NCBI GenBank assembly: GCA_964057225.1
Contig: OZ059898.1
Span: forward strand, 11,656,001 to 11,720,000
Source: Auanema rhodensis
Lineage: Eukaryota; Animalia; Nematoda
DNA length: 64,000 nucleotides
Reading direction: 5' to 3'
In this document: piece after piece, positions 1 through 11,957 of the stretch
Layout of the letters: every line of letters starts with the position of its first letter
Position numbering within the stretch: the first letter of the stretch is position 1
Notes under the pieces: generated by a model
What the model saw: the letters and a program-made list of their open reading frames with translations, nothing else
What the model was told of the DNA's origin: nothing
Database searches by the model: none
Program-made: the position numbers and the translations under genes

Positions 1-1141
1 ACTGTGCTGGAACTTGACTCCTGTAATCTTTGAACTTCTAATACATGTAGATATAAATATATAAATATATAAATATATATATGTATATATGTATATATAT
101 ATATATATATATATAGCATTGTTCGATTTAGATGGCTAAAATTTATTAAAATTATTACATTTTCAGATGCAAATACTCGTTTTCTCTATTTTTTACTTTC
201 CTCCTTTGTATCATATCACGAGATTATTATTGAATATGAGAATAAAGAACTTTTCCATTACTGATTTACAGCTTTTTGGAGTGAAACTAATTAATTTTTG
301 CGATTCATTGGTTTGGAGCATTATAATGAAGATGTATGACGTTAGATTGGTAGCCATCGTACCGTATAAAGAGATTCATATTTATGAAAGGTAAACCAAG
401 CCGATTAAATACTATTAAACAGAAATAGCATATTATAACAAGAGGCAAAAGCTACTCTTTCTCTCTTCAGGTGTGCGCAGGTGTGAACTGATCATGTAGC
501 TTTTTTACCATATTAGACTAGATTTTCTTATCAAAATAATCATTGCACGTTCCTCCTAGTTGTCTTTTTTCCCAGTCGTTTTCTGTTGGTGTTCTATGTA
601 TTTGCTAACTATTATCTCTCTTCAACCCACCTTATCTGTTTTAAACCTAAAAAACCTATAGATAGCTATTAATTTCGTGATTATCAACTTTATCCGGCAT
701 TAGCTACTTCCAAAGTTGTAATCCAAAAAGTTTCAAACTTCCTGTCTTCAAGCTTCATAGCTTCATTTTTGTCCACTATCCAATCAAATTGCCATTAACT
801 TATGCTGGTCATCGTGCGACCACAAATGAAGTTTCCGCCTGCTTCTATTGAACTCATCATTATTTTCATAATGATCATAGTCATTATCTAGTTACATTGA
901 CTATAGAAATTCCAATTTTGCATAAACGGTTTCATCGGCTGAAGCTGGTCTCAAGTAGATTGTTCTCACTCACTCCTCTGAAAGTTCCAGCTGATCCAGC
1001 TGAACATTCTGCCAGCCAATTCTATAGTTCCGCAAAATCTTCACCTATCCATTACGTGTATCAATTTTTGATCTAATCGTCGTTTTAATATTGTAAAAAT
1101 CTTCCATTATTGCTAAAAAAATCCAATCACTTCCAGAGGGT

Positions 1142-1449
1142 ATGATGAGTACTTTAACAAAAGTCTTCGCTTTACTTTGCATTTGTGCTGCAGTTGTACA
1201 GATATCAGCTTTCTCTGTATTTGATCCATATATGGAAAGTCAATTCCCTACTTCTAGAGTTTCTAGTGTCGGCGAAGATATATACAGGTATCAGTTCTTA
1301 ACTGCATATCACAAATTCCATTTACTTGTTTCAGAACAACAGCAGATAAACGTCGTTCGCAGCTTCGAAATTGCTACTTGTCGCCGGTGCAATGCTTACT
1401 TCCGGTAGATAATCAGCGTTTCTCTAAGTTCCATAAAAGACTTGTCTGA
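1142..1449 (+). CDS. Allatostatin-C/somatostatin-like neuropeptide precursor (2 exons, 86 aa)
   Basis: Exons 1142-1287 and 1335-1449 are joined by a 47-nt GT..TTTCAG intron. The product is MMSTLTKVFALLCICAAVVQISA (signal peptide)...TTADKR-RSQLRNCYLSPVQCLLPVDNQRFSKFH-KR-LV*. The KR-flanked peptide carries C-x6-C (CYLSPVQC), matching the AstC ring CYFNPISC. Confidence 0.85.
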
Positions 1450-2714
1450 GTGTCTGCATAGTATCAGCCCATTCTTGCAATCGGATTGTCAGCCTATTCT
1501 TTCTTTTTTGATACTTGAAATATTGTAAAATGCATATTATATTTTGTTTAGAGCGACCAGATCTCGAAATAAACTTATTGATATACCTACATATAATATA
1601 TATAATATATAATATATAGTATATATATTTAATATATAGCATAACATATTTCAGTGTATGAATGGGAAAAATAAAGGTTTTCTGTTGCTCTTTTACGGTA
1701 AATATCAATAAATGGCTGGTCATTATGCTACTAAATGGATATGGAAAAAGGTTGTCCAACAGTAGCACATAACCAATCATTACTTTTCATTGAAAAATCC
1801 ATTTTTATTAGTTTTTTAATAATATGGCAGCAACGACGATAACGACCTCGAATACCAATTTGTAATCCTAGTTTTCATAATAAAACATAATAATAATAAT
1901 AATAATAATAATAACATATGTATACGTATAAAATGAAAATTGATTTGTTTTATTTATAATTCTTGAAAAATAAATTAGCATAACCATTGAATGCTTCACG
2001 TGAAAAATCACGTGAGTTGTGTGAGCAGTTCTATGTCATTTTAATGTTAACGAAGCGCAGTGATCGGTTGATCTTAGCATATTTACGAAAGACGCAATCA
2101 TATGAAAAGATTAATCGGTCAGTTGAATCATCATCATAATATATTTTTACTTCCTTATATAGGTATATGATATACATAGTAACAATTATTCACGGCGTTT
2201 TCATCTTATACGACAGATAATCGTTCATAGGCAAGATCTAACTGGTGTGAGCCAAATGATGGGGTGGTGGTGGAGATGGGGGGGGGGGGAGGATAGGTTA
2301 GTGTATGAATGAGTGAATAAGTGTTGTCGACCCTATGTTAGTAAAAGAAGATTGATGATTGTTATGGTGTTTGATCTATTATAAATGCTCTCTTTCGGTT
2401 AGGTTTTTTCAAATAATTGTTGAATATGTTGGATGAGTCATTATAAGGTATGGAGCTATACTAAACCGGATTAATGCTACAGCATTTACAGGTTTTAACT
2501 GTTGTTCTCATACCACTCTGATTCATAGTATTCTTTCATGAGATTATAGTTTTTGTAGATTTCTTGTATTTCACATAGAAATATACAATGAATGTTAACC
2601 ATTAACTGTACGTAAAGATTGCCATACCCTCTCAAATTGCCTGAATATTAACAAAATTTCTTTAAATTATTTGAATTCTATTACCAATCTTACGATTCTT
2701 TTTCATTCATTCAT

Positions 2715-2800
2715 TCTCTCTTTCTCTCTCTCTCCCTCTCTCTCTCTTTCTCTCTCTCTCTCTCTTTCTCTCCCTTTCTCTTTTTCTCTCTCTCCCTCTT
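2715..2800. repeat. Imperfect (CT)n microsatellite
   Basis: Read directly from the sequence. Confidence 0.9.
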
Positions 2801-3738
2801 TCTGTCTTATATGTGTATGTTCACGAGATGAGAAAAGGTAGAATGAGTTTTTGTGAATCACGTGCATTCAATTACCAATTGCCATTTCTCATTCTCTTAT
2901 TCTCTCGACAACTTCTACTCTTTTCACCAACGTTTATATGAAAAAACAATGAAATATGTAATGTCAATCTTTGATATCTAACACAAACCATGATGAAATG
3001 GACTTTTTTTTTAATGAGAAACAGCTGTTAGTGAGAGGCTGATTCAGATGGAATTTAGTAGAAGCAGGCTGTCCATCTTTCTATCTTTCTCGCTGACTCA
3101 TAGATTGTACTGTGTGAGTGCAGAATTCTGTTATTCTACTAATTACTATTTTGGTAATATTACTATAAATATACAATAATAGTATTTGAAGTATTGAAGA
3201 TTAAGGATTAATTATGTGGATATATTCTAGTTAGTCATAGATCTATGTATATGGTCCTCTTCCTCTTCTTCTTCTTCTTCTTCTTCGAACTATCCATTTT
3301 TCATTTGCACTCCCTACTCTAAGTTAATATCTGCTAGTCGCTAACCTCCCTCACAATCTACAAGTTTGTCGTTTCCGTCAAGAAACAACTTTTCTGTTTC
3401 CTCATTATATTGTCTCTTTAAAAACATAATAGTTTAAACATAATTACCTCAATCTGTCAATTCATCTCACTAAAATCAGCATAATGTTGTCAATATAACG
3501 GTATTCTGATGTCATGAACACGTAACGATACTTTAGGGATGACATTGACGTGACCACGTCACGACAATATCTGATTCATTCATCTAGCACCAATTTCTCC
3601 AATGAATATTTATGTATCCAAATACTTCATAATGCATTTGTTTCCCTGATAATCCGAATGAGTTAAGCTGAGAGATGTAACTTAGAAAAATTATTTTGAA
3701 TGCATCAGAGTGCGAAAGTTAGAGCTATGAAGAGGGAG

Positions 3739-3882
<144 letters not shown>

Positions 3883-4527
3883 GAAAATTAAAATGAAAAT
3901 GAGCGAAGAAGAAGAAGAGTTTATGATAAAGACAAAGAAAAAGACAAAGAAATAGATATATGTATACATACCGACAACAAGGAGATTTTGAGCCAATTGA
4001 TGTTTATGTGTTGATCATTCATCCTTTTCACTGGCCACATGTGTTCTATTGCTGTTACACCAGCCATATGTTTTTGAGAAATCGAGAATAAATAGGTTGC
4101 TCACTCATGACTCGCCTACTAAACTTCAACTTAAAATTTTGAGTTTTATTCTTAGGCTGTTTAGACATGTTGTACTTCACGTAGTCACATCACGCTTTTC
4201 CTACTTTGCAATTGCTCTCTTGTTATCTCGAAGCTACTCGTTTCCAAATTTTACTATTAGTCTGTTTTTCAACTAATAAAAGTGTTTTCATTTCTTTTGT
4301 GCTGAACGCTTTTCTCATGTAAATTCTTACCAATAATCTGTCATGCCATGGCCATCCATCGATGGCTTCCGAGCTGTGTGTATGTCGTCTGACTGTCGAC
4401 TTACTGACTCATACTAAATACTGGATTCTGTCTTACCATCAACATAAGAAACTTGTATTGACTGATAATACAATTAAAATCGTTTCTAATTAGAGTACAT
4501 GTAATGCAAATTGATTATTTGTTCATA

Positions 4528-4568
<41 letters not shown>

Positions 4569-6170
4569 TATAAAGTTTTTTAACTTCTCTTGTTGTTTCT
4601 CTTTACGCAAACAATTTATGTCTCTATACTGTCAACTATTTTCAATCGTTGATTGTCGTGTAGTACTTACTTTTCCTCTAGTTCATTGTCTCTCTCTAAT
4701 ATTTTATTTTTCTCCTGGCTTTTGTATGTTTCTCTTCTTTTCTTTATTTCTTTCCTTTTTCCTCCACTTCTCTCTACCTGTTGTCCTGTGTTGCCTCAAT
4801 CGTTCTTATTTTCATCTAGTTTTCAGAGCCTTAATTCTTTATTTCATGGTTAAAGGAGTATATATATAGGTAGATCATGCCATTCTTCTTTTCTCATTTT
4901 CCACTGCCTCCTTCTCAACCTATTTCTCTTCATGTCCCTTTCTTAAAATTTTCATCTCTCTTTTCAGTATTCGTCACCATCTTCCACGACGGTGATGATC
5001 GTCCTCTATTTCATCGTTTGCTGTCCGAAAGGCATAAAGCGTAAACATGTTATTCTCTTTTCACCTTTTTACTAACTCTCCGACAATCTCACTATGGCCT
5101 ATCTTATTCTCGCCAACGACATCGCCGTCATTCTCTTCATGAAGGTGTTGGACACATCCGATTCTCGTGTCCAATCGCCCCTACATTTATTCTCCGCCCT
5201 GTACACTCATACATAAACGCCGCCAACCTGAGGCGGCAATCACAAAAATCACGAGTTCTTCCTCTCACACCCGAAACATTGTGGATGATCGGCATTGTCG
5301 TCGTTTCAAATTCTTCACAAATATAGCGGCACATTCATTGTCTTTTCTTGTTGTGTTATTATCTTTGACATTGGTGGCGACGTCGTCACAATGCTCGTGG
5401 TGGTGGTCATGATGTTGATGATGACGACGATGATGTCAAATAGCTGCGCCTTCACCTTTCATCTACTTATACCATGTGTTTGTAGCGGGGCGTGGCTATC
5501 ATTCCTATCACCATCATCATCATCATCACATCACAACACATCACAACGGTATGCAATCCTTATATAAATTTCTTAATTCTCACTTTTATAAATTGAAAAT
5601 CGGCAAGCAGGTAGTAAAAACCTGATGTACGCTGTTCAACTTTTCACTCTCCCACCACTGTTTGGGCCATGAAGTAGACTTCGACCATCATAATAATCGC
5701 TTTGTGTAGTGTATGATTGTGCTAGTTCGTTGATGAGCCAACTTACAGCAGCATACTCTCAACTTTAGCATTCTGTCATAGACACTAGCCCGCACCCACC
5801 TCATCAACACAACAAACTTCAAGCTGTAGCATGTATCAGCATTACTTCAGTATTTTTAGCTCCGACTATACGAGTATACTCATGATCTTTGTCTGAGTAT
5901 ATGTCTCAGTCTAATCTATCTTCATCATATTGACCTTCTTGTCAGATATTTTGTGCAGCCACCTCTCCATAGCCAATTCTTTTGTCCATAGCCGTTGAGT
6001 ATTCTCAATACTTTTCGTTTTATTCTTTATGAATTCGCTACTAGCTCCTCTTGACCTATCTACCTCATATTCGTCATATCGTTCTTACTATATGCTATAT
6101 GGCTATATCTATGTGATACTCGTGATTCTTCTTGATTCTTCTTATTTTCTTCTTATAATTTCAGATTATA

Positions 6171-6852
6171 ATGGGAGATATTTCACTCAATACTCGTTAC
6201 CTTTCTACCAACCGTGGAATCATCAAGATTCTTCAAATCATCTGCGGATTCATCATCTGCTCACTTCTCTGTGCTCAATGGTAATACCTTCCTTCATCAA
6301 TATAGCCTTTGTGACACACATACACGCGTTACAGGTATGGCGGACGTTCCTGCTTTGGAGAAGGCCGTCTTGGATTCTGCTCTGCTCTTAACTTCGTCTG
6401 CGTCATCATCAACATTGTTCTCTTCGTTCTTAACTTCTTGAACATTGGAGCCTGGGGATTGGTAAGTGAAAGATTCATCTAAAAGATTCTATATATATTT
6501 CTATGAAATCTATTTCAGGAGCGTATGTATTCTGTAGTCTCTACTATTCTATTCTTAATTGCCTCAATCTTAATCATCTGGTTCATCATTGAAGTTAACG
6601 CCAGTCGTGGAACACTGATTACCTCCGCTGTAAGTTACACTCTCTTAGCAAATTTCAAGAAAATTTTTTTTGACCATATTCGGGAACTACTGCTCTCATT
6701 CTCATTCAAATCTTTCATTTCTTGAACCATTTTCAACGAATCACATTCATTTTTACTTGTTCTTAGTTGCCATTTTTCAGGTGCTTATCGTCTGCCAATT
6801 CTTGCTCTATCTTTGGGACGTCAAGATTCTTCAAGGAGAAGCTCCAAACTAG
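6171..6852 (+). CDS. MARVEL-domain four-transmembrane protein (4 exons)
   Basis: Exons 6171-6280, 6335-6461, 6519-6629 and 6781-6852, all GT-AG. They give MGDISLNTRYLSTNRGIIKILQIICGFIICSLLCAQWYGGRSCFGEGRLGFCSALNF...WGLERMYSVVSTILFLIAS...LYLWDVKILQGEAPN*. The YLST-RGIIK-LQ start and four hydrophobic helices are typical of MARVEL proteins. TTTCAG lies just upstream of the ATG. Confidence 0.85.
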
Positions 6853-7304
6853 AAAACATGCTCACAGAATGTTTAATTGTCCCTTGAGCCTCCCAGCTTG
6901 ACTTTCGTGTATAGAAAACAGCTCATAATAACCAAGGAATATCATGTAAAACAGCAAGCCTTAAATGCATAAAACGTATCTGATTAGTCATATGTTTTTC
7001 GTTTTTGTATTCTCTCTGTGCCTTATTATCCCTCTCTCTCTCCCCTCCCCTCTCTCTCTCTCTCTTTCTCTCTCATTTTTTATAATTTGCTCTTTTTTCT
7101 TCAAAATATATTTACATATATATATTATATATATGTTTATATCTTACATCTATCTATCTATCTATCTATTGCTCGCGAAGTCTACATCTTCAATAACCGT
7201 TTTTGGTTTGTCGTTCCGTTTAATAAATATCTTTGTAATCAAATATTTCTCATTAAAACTTTAAACAATCATCATCAAAAGCTTGAAAATCATCATTGCT
7301 TTCA

Positions 7305-7342
<38 letters not shown>

Positions 7343-8096
7343 GATATACACAGCATCAAACCACAACTTCCACCAGTATATCAAATTTCGTTTTCTTGGC
7401 TCTCCCATCAGCAGTAACATGTAACACATCATCAGGATTTCTCTTCCGGTGTCCTTTCCTGCTGCGGTGTGACCATCGTATTGCTTCACATGCTCATTGA
7501 ACAGTTAGTAGCTTGCTAAGCCAGACGGACAGCTTGCAGAATGAAACAAGTAAAATCTGTGAATAGGCTCTATGCTGATGAATGCTTAGCAGCATCAGTG
7601 TCTAGGGCCACGAGGAAAAGTAGGAGTAGAAGTAGATTCCGTTTCAGAATACTCTTGTTCTCTTCTGTTCTACTTAGTCATATTGAATCTTTCTTATTTA
7701 ATTCCTAATTGTAGTATCTAGAACATCTAATAGTAATGACCTCAGTAACTTCCGTCCATCACGTAAGTTTCCGTTCATTTCTCTTATTCATCCTCTTCTT
7801 CTTGAGCTTTCTTTGTTTAAAACAAAATATACTTCAGACTCCTTTTCAGGACAAGCTTTCAGTTTTCGTTCTGTTGCTCAGCTGCATCTTTGGAAGAAGT
7901 ATTTGAACAAACTTTTCATCATTAGTACTTATTTGAAATGAGAATACTCTTCATCTCATACTCATATTCACTCACGTAAATTGTCTCAATTCTTTGTTTG
8001 ATAATCATTTCTATTTTTTCAAAACTTTCCATTTTTCTCATTCAAACTAATATCATTTCAATTGGTTAAATTCAAAAAAATAACATATCGTCTGTA

Positions 8097-8143
<47 letters not shown>

Positions 8144-8315
8144 ACTACTCCTTCTTCTAGTCAATGTGCTTATTCACTCATCCAGAAAAATTATTTAATC
8201 TCGTCATGAAAATGCCCGAACAACAGTGGTTGATCTGATTCTTTCTGGATACAGAAAATCCACAAAATGAAGCTGCAGCCGATTGTCGTTCATCTTCATT
8301 CGTCAACCCCCCCCC

Positions 8316-8400
<85 letters not shown>
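8316..8400. repeat. (CT)n microsatellite preceded by a C-run
   Basis: Read directly from the sequence. Confidence 0.95.
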
Positions 8401-8403
<3 letters not shown>

Positions 8404-10944
8404 ATTGTATAGTTTTTGCAGCTTGTTGTATATATTAGTATGCATTTTTTTCGTAAAACATCTTAAACTTGAAACTTCTTCCAGCATTTCATAGAAAATC
8501 AACTTTTTCTCGGCGACAACAATACGACGACTACGACGTCCACGGCGGCGACAACGACGACGACAACGCCGACGTTCGCCACGACATCTCTGAATATGCA
8601 GGCATGTGTGACGACAAATAGCCTTCGTTGGAAAATCATTCAAAATTCAAAATCTGTTTGAGTACGGAAAGCTTATGTTACTCGATTAGGTTCAGCTCAT
8701 TCGTATTCTGTCATTTTATCCACAAATCCTTTAAGAATTACCGATTTACTTGGGCATTTTTGAGAAATTTCCAAGCTTTTAAAGCAAATCTCACTATTTA
8801 TATCCTTTCCCTTTGTAATCTCATAGTTTTTTTTGTTTTCTCTTCTTTTAGCCCCCCCCCCTTCCAATTCATTTCTCTTACAACCTACTAGCTGTTTTTC
8901 TTCACTCTCTCTCTCTCTATCTCTTTCTCTCTTTCTTTTTCTTTTTCTCTTAAAGTTTCTCTTGTTCGTTTGTTTTAATCTCTTCAGATGGTTAGTTGAG
9001 CTTTTGACATTTGCCTGGAGGGGTCAGATTAGACCAATTATCTTAAGCGTTTGTTCGATCGAGGTAACGAAGCCAATAAACGAACAACCATCTATCTGCC
9101 TTAAAAGGCTTGAATGTGCAACCTCAGCTAGTGAGAGAGTCCAGCTCTATATCCCTATATCCTCCAGTCTTCATCATGCCATTTTTCCTATTTAATTTGC
9201 TCATTTTCCTTCTATTTTGGTGTTTCTTCAGATCCATATCATTGAAGAATCACATCAACCGTGGCTACTGATTCGTTTTCCTCTTTGTCATCTCTTCATA
9301 TCTCATCATGACGTACATATACGTTCTTTTATTCTTTTATTTATTCTGTCATACCTTCTCTTCCAACCAATTTAACCTCCGTTTTGTTTCCAAAAAAGAA
9401 ACTTGACTTACAACCTTAAAGCCAACTGATAGGAAGAACTTAATTGTTTTCTGATAAACTTCCTAAAATGCTTACTGATATACACTCAAATTATACTTTT
9501 TATACAACAAATCTTATTAATTTTTCCAAAATTTTTAAGAAGCTCACCTTCAAATGCTTGTTGTTACATAGATAACTAAGACGAGAATGCTTGATACTTC
9601 TTATAACTATGATAAGCTATTCTGTGAACTTTCACCTACTTCTAACCTTCCAATCAAACAATCGCATTGCTATTTCATATTGTGTCCTGCTCTCTTTCCT
9701 GCTAACTTGCCTTCCCTGCCAAAGATTTTTTTTATTTTTCTGATTCAAAAAGGTTTCGTCTTCTTCTCTTCAGAATATTCTCTGCTTCAGAGTTTTCAGT
9801 CCATGTTGTTTCTTCATCATTTTCATCCTTGGCTGCATTATTGCAAAACAGTTTCATATTGAAACTTGAAGGCGAGCCGATCGCCTGAATCTCTTGCCAT
9901 TGTGAAACGAAAGAAAGAAAGAAAAAATTATTTTGAATCATAAAAACTATTTATGAAAAAAGATAACACACACACATCTATACTTCGAAGCAAAAATTCA
10001 TAAACCTTATTGACAGCTTTGAATTTCATCTCCTCTATTTGTCTTCATTTCCAGAACCTTATTGCGATTCATCAAACAAATATTTTGTGAGTAGAAGATG
10101 GTATACCAAGCACATAGCTATCAGGCAAACCAACGCACACACACACTCACACACATACACACACACACACACAAATCTGATTTGTTTTGAGTAGATCGCA
10201 GCCATCTGGAAGAAGATTATCTCCTGTGCTTAGGCAACATCTGATTTCTCCTTTCACGCCATCTTCATGAGCTGAATGGCTATTTGACTCTGGAGACACA
10301 GATCCCTTTTTCATGTATCTATGCTCATCTTCCACTTCTCTGCCACCTCTTTTCTTTTCTTTTTGTCCCTTGAGCGTTCAGTGTTTCAATGTTTCTGGAT
10401 GCGCTACCCCCCCCCCCCCCCCCCCATCTCTGCACTACGTCCAATTTCATTTTTTCTCTCATTCCGATTCATTGTCGTTGATTCGTTCACGTTCGCTCGC
10501 TTGTGCATACCTCTGCTGAATAGATGAATCTAATCTGAATGTAATGGTGTGAAGCTTAGATTCATCAGCATCATTACCATTACAGGATTCAAAAATCATC
10601 TCCATCTTCGTCATCATGGTCAGGGTTGTCAACAGGTCGCCAACTTCAGCAGCTACTTCTGTTTCTCTTTACATTGTCGCCTTGTTCTCATTCTTCAAGC
10701 TGTTGCCTTATTCCGGCATTGATGCTCTTTGCTCAACTTCAAAAAATATTTCTCATGAAAAGTTAAAGCATAAGCTACGTGAATCAACCATCCTCTCAGA
10801 TTTCCGTATTCTTTCACAATGGAAGCTTGGCTGCCGATTGCCTCTATTTGATGGAATATTTTATCAGCTCTATGCTTCAATTCAATCCGTACTCAATTTT
10901 TCTTATTATGCTCTTCTCCTAACAGAAATTAAGAAAAGCGTCTG

Positions 10945-11926
10945 ATGTCGACGACGATGCCTAGAATTTGTCATGCAGATCAGAATCTTCCAATCGTTAA
11001 CGCTGACATGCAGGCTGTTGTCGTTGTCGCAGCTTTATTCGTAGCCCACTTGTCGTCATCATTGTCATTGCCGGGGAATTCTGGCAGTTTTTTGCTCTTT
11101 CTTTCTCTGTCTCTTGTCTTCCATTCGTATCTCACCCATTGATCATTATCAAACATTTGGATGAATCCAACTCGGGCGAGCCAGAATCTCTTGAACGTAC
11201 GTATCAAGATCTGAGCCATTGCGGTCGAGAGACAAAGACACTAAGAGGAGAGATCATGTGTGAGGGTCGTAGAGAAGAAAGAACAGAAAATATTTCCGTG
11301 TTGAGGATATCCAGTTATTCCTAGATATGTAGTATATGTGAATTGGCCTTCTGAATTACCTCTCTGTCTCGCACCTTCTCTCTCTCATATTCTCCATTTC
11401 TTCCATCATTATTACGTTTAAAACATTCATAATTGTGATTCTACTTATGCTCATCATCATCTTTCACAAGATTATCGTTAGATCATAAGCTAGAGATAGA
11501 GTATGATGATCTAATATCATATCATCCCAAGAATTTCAAGTCATTTTTCCTTATATTTCACTGTTTTCCTCCATTCAAGTGCTCATCCCTTCGTTCAAAG
11601 TAGTTCTAATTTTTCTTTCTGAATTATTCATTAACCTTACTTGTTGGAGAATTTTCAGCTAAATTTATGCGCTTAGATTATATGAGAGAAACTATACAGA
11701 CATTATGTCTTCTGATGTATAATTCTATTGACCAAAAGAGTATAAAAAAAAGATTTTTTTTCATTTAATTTGATATATATTACGTAAAGAAGTTGAAGAA
11801 GAAGATCATCTAAAGGAATAGAGCAAACCCTTTTCGAAGGAGATGATGAGAGACGAAAAGAGGAAGAGGAAGGGATGAAAGACAAGAGAGGGGGAGGGGT
11901 TCAAGAGAAGACATACACTCAGAGAG

Positions 11927-11957
<31 letters not shown>

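Noticed and set aside
1142-1408. 88-aa unspliced ORF in the track
   Set aside because: It reads through a canonical 47-nt intron; the spliced frame gives the neuropeptide.
5094-5567. Overlapping ORFs upstream of the MARVEL gene
   Set aside because: No recognisable motif and no splice path into a coherent protein; probably promoter or UTR sequence.
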